This document shows positions 43,010-52,712 of a stretch of 64,000 bases of DNA, in pieces. Below the pieces are notes generated by a model. That model saw only the letters and a program-made list of their open reading frames with translations, was not told where the DNA came from and did no database searches. The stretch lies in contig NZ_CANKZA010000005.1 of assembly GCF_947488465.1 (NCBI RefSeq), positions 99,762 to 163,761 of the forward strand, read 5' to 3'. The DNA is from an uncultured Microbacterium sp. Lineage in GTDB: Bacteria > Actinomycetota > Actinomycetes > Actinomycetales > Microbacteriaceae. A program made the translations under genes and the position numbers. Numbering within the stretch: position 1 is the first letter of the stretch; the number at the start of each line of letters is the position of its first letter.

Positions 43010-43993
43010 TCAGGCGGCAGTCTGCGCCGTCAGCGCCGGCATCGGCCGCCACTGCGGGTCGCGCGCGATCTTCCGGCCGTCCCTCAACCCGCGGAAGAGG
43101 TTCGACGTCCCCTTCACCTTCCGCTCGACGAACAGCAGGCGGATGATCTCCTTGCCGAACGTGAGCGCGGTGCCGGCGCCGAACAGAACCGGGTTGTAGA
43201 CGCCGAGCGACCGGTGGTAGCGCTTGATGTGCGCGCGGTTGCGCATGATGTAGTAGCGGTACGCATCGGATGATGCGTTCATGTGGCGGATGCCCATGTC
43301 CCACTGCTTGATCTCGCGCGTGCGGCGGAGCACGAACTCGTCGACGATGACGGAGGTCGTGATGCGGGAGGCCAGCCACCCGTAGGTCTGGTCGTCCCAG
43401 TAGATGAAGAACCGCGGATCGGGCAGGCCGATCTGCTCGACGATGTCCCGGTGGATGAACATGCCCTCGAAGCAGCCCGAGTTCATCTCCTTGTAGCCGG
43501 ATGCGTCGAAACCTGACGGGGCGAAAGGGATGGGGATGCCCATCCGCTCGGCGACGCGGTACTGCCAGTAGAACTCGCTGCCGTCGTAGTCGTAGCGCCG
43601 TCCCTGGATGGACTTGAAGCGCGGCGCCCAGGCGCCCATGCGCGCGAGTCCGTCGGGGAGGACCTCGACGTCGTCGTCCATGAGCCAGATCCACGTGGAG
43701 CCGAGCTCGTACGCGATGCGCATGCCCTCGCTGAACCCGCCGGATCCGCCCGTGTTGGTGTCGAGGCGGCGATAGACGATCTCCGAGCCGATCCGGTCGC
43801 GGAACGACTCGACGACATCGCCGGTGTCATCCGTGGACGCGTTGTCGACGATGACGACATGCCCGGGCTGGGGGTCCATCGCCGTGATCGATTCGAGCAG
43901 ACGGGTGAGCAGGTGCGCGCGATTGAACGTCACGATCGCGATCGTCGCGCTCTCGGGAGCGAAGGCGATCGGGGCGTCAGGGGAGGAACTCAT
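43010..43993 (-). CDS. glycosyltransferase family 2 (rhamnosyl/galactofuranosyl-transferase-like)
   Basis: IAIVTFNRAHLL, VDNASTDDT and WLMDDDV (DxD) motifs. Confidence 0.85.
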   Translation of the reverse strand: MSSSPDAPIAFAPESATIAIVTFNRAHLLTRLLESITAMDPQPGHVVIVDNASTDDTGDVVESFRDRIGSEIVYRRLDTNTGGSGGFSEGMRIAYELGSTWIWLMDDDVEVLPDGLARMGAWAPRFKSIQGRRYDYDGSEFYWQYRVAERMGIPIPFAPSGFDASGYKEMNSGCFEGMFIHRDIVEQIGLPDPRFFIYWDDQTYGWLASRITTSVIVDEFVLRRTREIKQWDMGIRHMNASSDAYRYYIMRNRAHIKRYHRSLGVYNPVLFGAGTALTFGKEIIRLLFVERKVKGTSNLFRGLRDGRKIARDPQWRPMPALTAQTAA

Positions 43994-44005
43994 AGCCCTG
44001 GAAGT

Positions 44006-45319
44006 CTATCCCGGCGCGTGTCCGAGCCCGGTGTCGGCCGCGCTCCCGGCATCCAGTCGCCGGCGCCACGATCGGGACTGCCCCGCGCGGACGGCAGCGA
44101 GGGACAGCAGCAACCATCCCGCACCGGTGAGGACATACGACTCGAAGCCGGAGGTGATCGCGAGGGCGATGAGCACGAGCGGTGTCCAGGCGTACACGGT
44201 CGAGCGACGCTGGCTCGCATCGAGCCATGAGCGCACGAGCGCGACACCGCCGACGGCGCAGAGGAGGAGGACGCCGGCCCACCCGAGTTGGAGGAGCACA
44301 TCGACGTACGCGTTCAACGCGCTGCGGTGCGATTCACCGAGCAGGATGTTGATCGTCGCGAACGGCGGTTCGGCGGGCGGCCACGCGCCGAACCACCCCC
44401 AGCCTTGGACCGGCTTGAGTCGGATGTAGTACTGCGCGAGTGTCCAGAGGTCGGTGCGCAACTGCAGGTCATCGGCCGCGCCGGTCGCGGCGATGACGGC
44501 TCCGCGCTGTGTGTAGAGCGCGATCCCGGATGCCGTCACGAGCCCGGCGAGCGTCCATTGCAACCCGCGACGCCGCGCCGCGGGGGCCGCGCGCACGAGC
44601 GCGAGGGCGCCGGTGGCGACCCCGACACCGGTGGTGAGGACGAGCACGGTGGGGGAGGCCGACAGGAGCGCCAAGGCGGCGGCGAGCACGATCGACCCCG
44701 TGCCGACCACCGGGCGCACGGACTGCGTGCGCAGTTCGACGGCGAAGGTGATGAGCGCGATGACCGCGACGATGCCGAGCGCGTTGCGTGTGCCGAAGAT
44801 CCCCTGGATCGGGCCGAGGTCGGCGAGGTTCCCCTGGATGCCGAGGAACCGAAGCGGCAGGTCGAGGAGGATGCCGGAAAGGATCTCGAGGGCGAGAGAG
44901 AGGATGAGCGCGACGCGGAGGACGTCGCCGAGCGCACGCACGGTTTGCAGAGTGTCGCGGATATGCCCGATCGTGACCGCGAGGACGGCGACGCCGATCA
45001 TGGCGAGCCACCGGACGAAGCTGGTCCCGGCATCCGTGCTCCAGAAGATGCTCGCGAACGCCCACGCACACAGGAGGACGAGCGTGGAGGGAACGAGCCG
45101 CAAAAAAGAGATCTCGTCGCGCCGCGCGACCAGAATGCCGACGCCGAGCACGCACAGCCCGGCCACGATCGTGATGAGGGTGACCCGCCCGGCCAGGCGT
45201 TCGACGAGGTGCCCGCCGAACATCGCGGCGAACACGGTGAGCGTGTAGGCGCGCGCGAAATCGGCAGACCGCAGGAGCTCCGCCGCACGGGCGGGGGCAG
45301 ACGCGTCGGACGTTGCCAT
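44006..45319 (-). CDS. O-antigen ligase/polymerase-like (Wzy_C) polytopic membrane protein
   Basis: ATG 45319 (MATSDASAP...) shares 1 nt with the upstream gene's TGA. About 11 TM helices and a loop IQGIFGTRNALGIVAVIALI. The ORF-track N-terminal extension was rejected. Confidence 0.8.
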   Translation of the reverse strand: MATSDASAPARAAELLRSADFARAYTLTVFAAMFGGHLVERLAGRVTLITIVAGLCVLGVGILVARRDEISFLRLVPSTLVLLCAWAFASIFWSTDAGTSFVRWLAMIGVAVLAVTIGHIRDTLQTVRALGDVLRVALILSLALEILSGILLDLPLRFLGIQGNLADLGPIQGIFGTRNALGIVAVIALITFAVELRTQSVRPVVGTGSIVLAAALALLSASPTVLVLTTGVGVATGALALVRAAPAARRRGLQWTLAGLVTASGIALYTQRGAVIAATGAADDLQLRTDLWTLAQYYIRLKPVQGWGWFGAWPPAEPPFATINILLGESHRSALNAYVDVLLQLGWAGVLLLCAVGGVALVRSWLDASQRRSTVYAWTPLVLIALAITSGFESYVLTGAGWLLLSLAAVRAGQSRSWRRRLDAGSAADTGLGHAPG

Positions 45320-46713
45320 CACTCCGTCAGCCGCTCGCCCTGTTCGCCGATCAGGCGCTGTTCCGACGGGCCGCGGCCGAGAAGAGGTGCTTGTTTGATC
45401 TTGAACGCCAGGACGACCAGCAGCATCCACCCCCAGCTGAGGAGCGGGCCGGATTCGGCGAGACCCTGCACGAGCAGCACCGCGGCGACGAGGGTGGGTA
45501 GGAGAGTGACGGCCGAGTAGGGGCGATCGGCGACGAGGTCCCACCGCGGCCGATCGACGGCGAAGAACCAGGAGCGCCAGACGAACGCGAGGATCGTGAG
45601 GACGATGAGGATGACGCCGACGATCCCGAGCTGCAGGAAGACGTCGAGCCACATGTTGTGTGCCTGCATGACGGTGACGCCGTGGTCGACGATCCAGCCG
45701 TCGAAGGCCGGGTCGGTCGGCACCCACGGGGTCGAGAACCCCCAGCCGAGGAAGGGGCGCTCGGCAGCGCGCTCCCAGACGGCTTCCCAAATGCGCTCAC
45801 GGCCGGTGAGGTCGGACGAGCGTCCGAGGAGGGTGAACAACTGTTCCCGCCCGACCCACAGTGCCGAGAGCCCCCCGACCGCGATGACGGCGTAGGCGAG
45901 GTAGTAGCGGGTGCGGCCGCCGGGTCGGCGGCTCGTGCGGATGAGCAGCGCCGTGGCCAACACGACCGCGACGCCAGCCGCGGCGAGGGATGCGGTCGCC
46001 GAGCCGGCCCGAATGAAGAGAAACACCGACAGCGCGATCCAGGCGTAGAGGAAGCCGCGCCGGGGCGCTCGAGAGGCGATGCGGAGAGAGAAGACGATGA
46101 TCCCGAGGAGGGCGACGTAGGCGAGCGCGTTCGCATTGCCGAACAGGCCCTGGATGCGTCCGCCGTCGAACAGGTTGTCGCGGCTCCACATCTCGATCGG
46201 ATCGACACCCGGTTCCGGGCGCGCGAAGCCGGGCATGATCGGCCCTCCCCAGACGAGTGACACCCACAGCTCGAACAGGATCGACAGGCCGAGGATCCAT
46301 TTCAGCGCCGAGGCGATCGAGCGCACCAGCTCCCGCCAGGTGAGGACCGAGCCGATGAACATCGCCTGCACGGTCGTGCTGAGCAGCAGGAGCAGCGTCG
46401 GGAGGGTGGCCGCCGGGTAGGCGCTCCACAGCAGTGAGAACGCGGCCCACGCGACGTAGCCCGCCGCGAACCAGGGCAGACGGCGCCACTGGACCTCGGG
46501 CCGGAGCGCGATCCACAGGATCACCGAGACGATCCCCGTGCCGTAGGCGACGGCCGCGGTGCCGACGACGCCGAACGCCATCAGCCACGACGTCCCGGCC
46601 AGCGCACCGGCCAGGACGAAGATGCACCATCCGCGCACCAGCAGGTGCCCGGTCTTCTCCCGGATCGGCGCCGCGGGAGGGGCCGAGATCGGATGCATCG
46701 TGTGGACGGCCAT
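45319..46713 (-). CDS. O-antigen ligase/polymerase-like (Wzy_C) polytopic membrane protein, paralogue of the downstream gene
   Basis: About 11 TM helices. The loop IQGLFGNANALAYVALLGII parallels the neighbour's. Confidence 0.8.
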   Translation of the reverse strand: MAVHTMHPISAPPAAPIREKTGHLLVRGWCIFVLAGALAGTSWLMAFGVVGTAAVAYGTGIVSVILWIALRPEVQWRRLPWFAAGYVAWAAFSLLWSAYPAATLPTLLLLLSTTVQAMFIGSVLTWRELVRSIASALKWILGLSILFELWVSLVWGGPIMPGFARPEPGVDPIEMWSRDNLFDGGRIQGLFGNANALAYVALLGIIVFSLRIASRAPRRGFLYAWIALSVFLFIRAGSATASLAAAGVAVVLATALLIRTSRRPGGRTRYYLAYAVIAVGGLSALWVGREQLFTLLGRSSDLTGRERIWEAVWERAAERPFLGWGFSTPWVPTDPAFDGWIVDHGVTVMQAHNMWLDVFLQLGIVGVILIVLTILAFVWRSWFFAVDRPRWDLVADRPYSAVTLLPTLVAAVLLVQGLAESGPLLSWGWMLLVVLAFKIKQAPLLGRGPSEQRLIGEQGERLTE

Positions 46714-46778
46714 GGTCAGATCAGGCTACCGCGAGGCAGCCCCCTGACCGGTGTTCGCGCGGCTCTAGGCTGAAGACC

Positions 46779-47924
46779 ATGCTCCTGCCGATCTCGAACA
46801 CACCGCGCGCCTACGCCTGGGGGTCGACCTCCCTGATCGCCGAGTTGGAGGGCCGGACCCCGTCGGGTGCGCCCGAAGCCGAGTCCTGGTACGGCGACTA
46901 CGCCGGATCACCGGCCATCGTGGACGACGGGACGGGGCGGACGCTCGACGTCGCACTCGCCGACACGGGGGAGGCGCCGCTGCCCTATCTGATGAAGCTG
47001 TTGGCCGCGGCATCCTCCCTGTCGATCCAAGTGCACCCGACGAAGGCGCAGGCGGCCCTGGGTTTCGCGCGTGAGGAGGCGCGCGGAATCGCTCGGGATG
47101 CCGGGGATCGCACCTACCGCGACGACAACCACAAGCCCGAGATCATCGTCGCCGTCAGCGACACCTTCCGGGCTCTCGTGGGCCTCCGGCCCCTGGCCGA
47201 GACGGGTCGGCTCGTCGCCGCGCTGGGCGATTCAGACGGCATCCGGGCACTCAGCGATCGCCTGAACGGTGCCGACGAATCGGTGGTCCTGCGCGACACG
47301 ATCGCCTGGGCGCTGTCGGGGCAGGCGCCCGTCGCGGACATCGCGGAGGCACTCGCGGGGGCCGAATCGGCCGAGTTTGCGGCGGAGCTCGCCCTCTATC
47401 GCACGATTGCCGCCGACTTTCCGGGCGATGCCGGTCTCCTCGTCGCGCTCCTGATGAACCTCGTCGTCCTTCGGCGGGGGGAAGCGATGTTCGCCCCGGC
47501 CGGTGTGCTCCACGCCTATCAGGACGGACTCGGCGTCGAACTCATGGCGGCGAGCGACAACGTCCTCCGTGGCGGACTCACACCGAAGCACATCGACGTC
47601 GCGGAGCTGCTGGACATCGTCGACACGACCCCCGGTGCCGTTGCGTTGGTACCCGCCCGCATGGTTTCTCCCGGAGTGGAGGCGTTCGAGGTCGATGTGC
47701 CCGACTTCGCCCTGGCGCGGGTTGTCGTCGACGGAGACCCCGTGCGGCTCGCGCTCGCCGGACCCGCCATCGCGCTCGCCGTGCGCGGCGAGGTTCAGGT
47801 CGCCGGACGGGACGGAGCGGTTGCGCTCGTCCCCGGGCGCGCGGTGTTCCTCTCCTCCGACGAGCCGGAGGCCGTCGTCACCGGGGCCGGTGAGGTGTTC
47901 ATCGCCCAGCCCGGCCGGCGCTGA
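46779..47924 (+). CDS. manA: mannose-6-phosphate isomerase, class I
   Basis: ATG 46779 gives MLLPISNTPRAYAWGS. LSIQVHP and HKPEIIVA motifs. The upstream 115 codons of the ORF are Arg/Pro-rich and were rejected. Confidence 0.9.
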   Translation: MLLPISNTPRAYAWGSTSLIAELEGRTPSGAPEAESWYGDYAGSPAIVDDGTGRTLDVALADTGEAPLPYLMKLLAAASSLSIQVHPTKAQAALGFAREEARGIARDAGDRTYRDDNHKPEIIVAVSDTFRALVGLRPLAETGRLVAALGDSDGIRALSDRLNGADESVVLRDTIAWALSGQAPVADIAEALAGAESAEFAAELALYRTIAADFPGDAGLLVALLMNLVVLRRGEAMFAPAGVLHAYQDGLGVELMAASDNVLRGGLTPKHIDVAELLDIVDTTPGAVALVPARMVSPGVEAFEVDVPDFALARVVVDGDPVRLALAGPAIALAVRGEVQVAGRDGAVALVPGRAVFLSSDEPEAVVTGAGEVFIAQPGRR

Positions 47925-47963
47925 TTCGTCCGAATCTGCCGCGACACGCCGCAAAAACGCGGT

Positions 47964-47990
47964 AAAGCTTCAATCTTGCCTTGAGGCTTT
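47964..47990 (+). terminator. AT-rich hairpin downstream of manA
   Basis: AAAGCTTCAA (47964-47973) pairs 9/10 with TTGAGGCTTT (47981-47990) across a 7-nt loop. Unusually AT-rich for this genome. Confidence 0.4.
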
Positions 47991-48002
47991 ACGATCTGCG
48001 AC

Positions 48003-48031
48003 TTGACCCAGGCGAATGACAAGGGTGTAAT
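48003..48031 (+). promoter_or_regulatory. candidate sigma-70-type promoter of the whiB gene
   Basis: TTGACC (48003-48008), a 17-nt spacer, then TGTAAT (48026-48031), about 50 nt upstream of ATG 48080. Confidence 0.35.
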
Positions 48032-48079
48032 TATCCCAACACGCGCAACAGCGTGAGGGGAAAAGGTGGGGAGAGCGAT

Positions 48080-48397
48080 ATGACGGGTTACCGTTCCGGC
48101 GTTCCCGACAATTGGTTCGTCGACCCGGTCAACCTCGGTGTCCCCGGGGTACGGCGACCGGTTGAGGGTGAACTCGACACCACGCTGTCGTGGCAGTCCG
48201 ATGCGCTGTGCGCGCAGACGGACCCCGAGGCCTTCTTCCCGGAGAAGGGTGGCTCCACGCGTGACGCCAAGCGCGTCTGCACGACCTGTGATGTCCGCGG
48301 AGAGTGCCTGGAGTACGCCCTCAACAACGACGAGCGTTTCGGCATCTGGGGCGGGCTCAGCGAGCGCGAGCGTCGCAAGCTCAAGCGCCGCGCCTGA
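48080..48397 (+). CDS. whiB: WhiB-family Fe-S transcription factor (WhiB2/WhmD-like by position)
   Basis: Four Cys (LCAQTDPEAFF...RVCTTCDVRGEC), a GIWGG turn and a basic tail RRKLKRRA. RBS GGTGGGGAG lies 7 nt upstream of ATG 48080. The ORF is open from 48053. Confidence 0.9.
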   Translation: MTGYRSGVPDNWFVDPVNLGVPGVRRPVEGELDTTLSWQSDALCAQTDPEAFFPEKGGSTRDAKRVCTTCDVRGECLEYALNNDERFGIWGGLSERERRKLKRRA

Positions 48398-48471
48398 TCT
48401 CGGACATCGATCTCAGGACTCGCGGGGGATGGTCGGCCCTGTTCGCACCCCGCGCCTAGGCTGACCTGGTC

Positions 48472-51294
48472 ATGCCCGCCAGAGTTCACGCGCTGCTGGT
48501 CGTGCGCCCGGACGGGCGTGTGCCGGCCGATCTTCATCTGCAGCGGACGCTCACTGCCCTGAAAGAGCAGTCGCGCCCGCTCGATGCGCTGACCCTTGTA
48601 CTGTGCGGCACGGACGACGCCCTCTCGCGTCTCGCGGCCGACTCCGGCGCCGAGGCCGTCATCACCGCCGACCGGCACACGTCGTTCGCCGAGGCCGTCG
48701 CGATGGCGAGTCGGCGCATCGACGGCGATGCGGTCTGGCTCCTGGCGCAAGACTGCGCTCCTGCTCCCGATGCCTTGATGCGTCTGGCTGGAGCGCTCGA
48801 GACGGCCCCGTCGGTGGCGATCGCGGCGCCGAAGCTCGTCCGCTGGGACGATGCCGGTCAGATCGTCTCGCTCGGCATCTCGATGACCTCGCTCGGTCGC
48901 ACGGTCGCCCTCGCCGACGGCGAACTCGACCAGGGGCAGCACGACGCGCGTGAAGACGTCATGGGCGCCGACATCCGTGGTCTCCTCGTCCGTGCGGCCG
49001 CGTGGCGCGAGCTCGGCGGCATCGACCGGGCACTGGCCGGGGCGGACGAAGGCCTCGACCTGGGTGTGCGGGCGCGCCTGCGCGGCGATCGTGTCGTGCT
49101 CGTCCCCGGCGCAGTGATCGCGGTCGCGGGCGACGGTGTGGCCGGCATGCCGTCCGCCGTCGGAAGCTGGGCGCGGCGTGCCTATGCACCCCGCACCGCG
49201 CAACTGCACCGCCGCCTCGTCTACGCGCCGGCGGCCGCGGCCCCGCTGCACTGGCTGAGCCTCCTGCCGCTTGCCTTCGTCCGCACGCTCGGGCACCTCT
49301 TGGCCAAGCGGCCCGGACAGATCGGCCCGGAGTGGGCCGCCGCGGCGACCACGGCCGTCCGGGTCGGATCCGTCGCGCGGGCGCGCTCCGGCATCCGCCG
49401 CACCCGACGGTCGGGCTGGCCGGCGCTCGCGCCGTTGCGGGTCACGTCGGCCGAGCTCCGTCAGCGATTCGACCCCGACCTGTCACGCACGGCCGGGCCC
49501 GGACGCACGGAGCTGCGCTTCTTCAGCGGCGGCGGAGCCTGGATCGTCCTGGCGTTCCTCGTCGTGTCGGCGGTCGCGTTCACCTCACTGCTGGCGTGGC
49601 CCGTGCTCGGCGGCGGGGCCCTCGCGCCGCTGCGCGCGACGATCGGGCAGCTGTGGGCGGATGCCGCGAGCGGGCCGCGAGCCCTCGGCTGGGCGACCTC
49701 GGGACCAGCCGACCCGTTCGCCGCTGTAATCGCCCTTCTCGGATCCCTGTGGCCCGCGGCGCCGTCACGCGCCCTCGTGGTCCTGTGGTTCCTGGCGTTG
49801 CCGGTGGCGGCCCTCGGCGGGTGGTTCGCCACGACCCGCGTCAGCGAACGCAGCAGCGTGCGAGCGGTGGGTGCGGTGGCGTGGGCGCTGGCACCGATGT
49901 TCCTCGCCGCGCTCATGGAGGGCCGCCCCACCGGTGTGATCGTCCACCTCCTGCTGCCCTGGTTGGTCTTCACCGCGTCGATCGCCCACCGCTCCTGGAG
50001 CGCGGCCGGTCTCTCCTCGGTGATCCTCGTCGCCGTCGTCGCCTGTGCCCCCTCGCTCGCGCCGGCCCTCGCCCTCCTCTGGATCATCGCGATCGTGCTC
50101 ACCGCCACCCTCCGCCGCGGTGTGGGACTCGGCCGCGTGATCTGGCTCGTCATTCCCACGGCGGTCGTGTTCGCGCCGCTCATCTGGGTGCGCGCCCGTG
50201 CGGGCGACCCGTGGTCGCTGCTGGCCGACCCGGGCGTCCCGCTCGCGCCGGAGGCCGGTGTCGATCTCGTTCGTCGCCTGTTCCTTGCCGCCGGATTCCC
50301 CGGAACGGATGCCGGCGGCTGGGCCGCCATCACGGGCTCCTCCGCCCTCTGGGTCGCGCTCCTGGTGGCACACCTCCTCCTGTTGGCACTTCTCGCACCG
50401 GTCGCCGGTCGTCTGATCCCGGCATCCGTGCTGCTTCTGGCCGCGCTCGCCGGCCTCACGACGGCAACCCTCGCGATCGGTGTCGTGCTGAGCGCGAACG
50501 GGACCGGTGTCGTCGGGATCTGGCCCGGCGCCGCACTCAGCCTCTATTGGATCGGCGTGTGGGGCGCGGCGCTGACGACACTCGACGTCTGGCGCGTGTT
50601 CGCCCGCGTGCGGGGGCCTCTCGCGGCGGTCCTCCTCCTCCTTCTCGTCGTCGTTGCGGCGCCCGCGGTGACCGCGCCGCTGCGCGGTGCCGCCGCGCTC
50701 ACGGAAGGCACGGCCAGCACGCTGCCGGCCTATGTCGCCGCCGAGGGGCGCGATGGCATGGACCAGGCGACGTTCGTGATGACCCCCACCCCGGCGGGCA
50801 CGGTCGTCGACGTCGTGTGGGGCGAGACCTCCGCTCTCGGCGGGCAGTCGACACTCCGCTCCGCCCGTACCGAGACGGATGCCGGCGATGCCGACGCGGC
50901 GCAGCTCGCTGCGGCTCTGATCTCCGACCCCGGCGGCGACGCGGTCACCCGTCTGGCAGCGCACGGCGTCGCATTCGTCATGCTCGGATCCGACGGATCG
51001 CCGGACTCCGACGCCGCCCGAGAGCTCCGCATCCAGGCCGTCACCTCGCTCGACCAGCGCGATGACCTCGAGAAGGTCGGTGAAACCACGAAAGGCATGC
51101 TCTGGCGGGTCGCCGCGCCGATCACCGATCGCACAGTGTCGTCCACGGCGCAGGCCGAGGCGGCGCGCACAGCGGCCGTTCAGCTCGGGATCATCGCGAT
51201 CGCCCTGCTGCTGGCCGTTCCCACCCGTCGATCGATCGCCGATGCCCGGCGGTGGCCGCGCGTCGTGGGAATCGGCGGAGGACGCCGCCGATGA
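48472..51294 (+). CDS. GT2-like glycosyltransferase fused to a large polytopic membrane domain (about 13-14 TM helices)
   Basis: GT-A-like N-terminal 300 aa (VHALLVVRPDG, WLLAQDCAP, GADIRGLLVRAAAW), followed by about 600 aa of hydrophobic helices. Confidence 0.8.
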   Translation: MPARVHALLVVRPDGRVPADLHLQRTLTALKEQSRPLDALTLVLCGTDDALSRLAADSGAEAVITADRHTSFAEAVAMASRRIDGDAVWLLAQDCAPAPDALMRLAGALETAPSVAIAAPKLVRWDDAGQIVSLGISMTSLGRTVALADGELDQGQHDAREDVMGADIRGLLVRAAAWRELGGIDRALAGADEGLDLGVRARLRGDRVVLVPGAVIAVAGDGVAGMPSAVGSWARRAYAPRTAQLHRRLVYAPAAAAPLHWLSLLPLAFVRTLGHLLAKRPGQIGPEWAAAATTAVRVGSVARARSGIRRTRRSGWPALAPLRVTSAELRQRFDPDLSRTAGPGRTELRFFSGGGAWIVLAFLVVSAVAFTSLLAWPVLGGGALAPLRATIGQLWADAASGPRALGWATSGPADPFAAVIALLGSLWPAAPSRALVVLWFLALPVAALGGWFATTRVSERSSVRAVGAVAWALAPMFLAALMEGRPTGVIVHLLLPWLVFTASIAHRSWSAAGLSSVILVAVVACAPSLAPALALLWIIAIVLTATLRRGVGLGRVIWLVIPTAVVFAPLIWVRARAGDPWSLLADPGVPLAPEAGVDLVRRLFLAAGFPGTDAGGWAAITGSSALWVALLVAHLLLLALLAPVAGRLIPASVLLLAALAGLTTATLAIGVVLSANGTGVVGIWPGAALSLYWIGVWGAALTTLDVWRVFARVRGPLAAVLLLLLVVVAAPAVTAPLRGAAALTEGTASTLPAYVAAEGRDGMDQATFVMTPTPAGTVVDVVWGETSALGGQSTLRSARTETDAGDADAAQLAAALISDPGGDAVTRLAAHGVAFVMLGSDGSPDSDAARELRIQAVTSLDQRDDLEKVGETTKGMLWRVAAPITDRTVSSTAQAEAARTAAVQLGIIAIALLLAVPTRRSIADARRWPRVVGIGGGRRR

Positions 51295-52700
51295 CGAACA
51301 CGCAGCTCGCGCGCACCCCGCGGACGCGGGTGATCGTCGGCGCCGTCGTCGCGGCCGCCGTTGCCGTCGCGGGGATCGGCGTGCTCGTCGCCCCCTGGCC
51401 GGAATTCTCCCGGGAGCCGCTGCCGATCACCGCGGCACCGCCCGCGGCAGCGTCGGTCGCCACCTGCGGCGGGCCACTGCTCGCCGCCGGCCGTGAATCT
51501 GCCGCGGCCGCCACGGTGACCGATGCCGCCGCGCAGAGCGTCGTGTCCGGAGCATCGGACGGTGTGATCCCGGCATCCACCCCCCTGAGTGCGGTGAACG
51601 TCAGCGGCGGGGTGGGACCGCTCTCCGTGACCGCGGAACCCGTCGCCGGGGTGCGCACGGATGTGGCTGCCGCCGGCTCCGCGCACGTCGCCGAGAGCGA
51701 CCTGCGCGGGTACGCGGCCTCCGCGTGCACGCGCGCATCGATGGAATCGTGGCTCGTCGGCGGCTCGGCCGCGACCGGGGCCGCGGATCTCGTCGTTCTC
51801 GCCAACCCCGGCGACGTCGCCGCGCGCGTGACCCTGACGGTGTACGGCGCCGAGGGTGCCGAGACCCCGACCGCGGGCGAGGATCTTCGGATCGCACCGG
51901 GTGCGCAGCGGGTGATCCCGCTTGCGGCGTTGGCGCTCGGCGAAGCGAGCCCCGTCATCCAGGTGACGGCCGCCGAAGCGCCCGTGCGTGCCTCGTTGCA
52001 GGCCAGCATCACTCGCGTGCTCTTGCCCGGCGGGGTCGACCAGATCGCCCCGTCGGTGGCGCCCGAGCCGGATCTCGTCATCCCGGGCGTCGAGATCGCC
52101 CAGGCGCCGGGGGCGGCCGATGCGAGCGAAGTCCCCGCTGTCCTGCGGTTGCTGTCCCCGGCGGCCACGGCCACCGCGACGGTCACCGTGTGGGGTACGG
52201 GCGGACAGGTGGGCGACGCGCAGTCGGTAGATCTCACGGCCGGCGTGCCGCTCGAACTCGACCTGACGGGCTTGGCGGTCGGAACCTATGCGGTCCGCGT
52301 CGCGTCGGTCGCCCCGCTGACCGGTGCGGTATGGAGCACCACCGGGTTCGGCGAGGGATCGGACTTCGCGTGGTTCACCGCCGCTGACGCGCTCACCACC
52401 CCGGCGCTCGTCGCCGCCCCGGCGGGTCCGTCACCGCGCGTGACGCTGACATCGTCTTCCGACGCCGATCAGCAGGTGCAGCTCATCGCGGATGCCGGTG
52501 AGGGCACGACGCAGGAGGTGACGGTGCCGGCGGGACGTACGGTGACCGTTTCGATCGAGGAGAACGCGGTGTACCGGATCGTTCCCGGTGGCGCGGGCCT
52601 GCGCGCAGCCGTCAGTTACGCGGGTACGGGCCAGCTGGCGGGCTACCCGGTCCCCGCCAGTGATGTCGAGGCGGCATCGATCGAGGTGTTCCCGCGCTGA
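51291..52700 (+). CDS. membrane-anchored secreted Ala/Val/Thr-rich protein (DUF5719-like by recollection)
   Basis: ATGA overlap with the upstream GT gene at 51291-51294. One N-terminal TM helix (VIVGAVVAAAVAVAGIGVLV), then a beta-rich sequence. Confidence 0.65.
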   Translation: MTNTQLARTPRTRVIVGAVVAAAVAVAGIGVLVAPWPEFSREPLPITAAPPAAASVATCGGPLLAAGRESAAAATVTDAAAQSVVSGASDGVIPASTPLSAVNVSGGVGPLSVTAEPVAGVRTDVAAAGSAHVAESDLRGYAASACTRASMESWLVGGSAATGAADLVVLANPGDVAARVTLTVYGAEGAETPTAGEDLRIAPGAQRVIPLAALALGEASPVIQVTAAEAPVRASLQASITRVLLPGGVDQIAPSVAPEPDLVIPGVEIAQAPGAADASEVPAVLRLLSPAATATATVTVWGTGGQVGDAQSVDLTAGVPLELDLTGLAVGTYAVRVASVAPLTGAVWSTTGFGEGSDFAWFTAADALTTPALVAAPAGPSPRVTLTSSSDADQQVQLIADAGEGTTQEVTVPAGRTVTVSIEENAVYRIVPGGAGLRAAVSYAGTGQLAGYPVPASDVEAASIEVFPR

Positions 52701-52712
52701 GCGCGAGCGCCC

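Noticed and set aside
46434-46778. 115-codon N-terminal extension of the manA ORF. Analogous upstream extensions exist for katG (56694), mtrA (60098), mtrB (60781), rmlB (to 22513), the SDR (to 20904), pccB (to 10264) and the Wzy-like gene (to 45790).
   Set aside because: The extensions are Arg/Pro-rich and overlap neighbouring genes or promoters. In each case an internal ATG or GTG gives the canonical family N-terminus.
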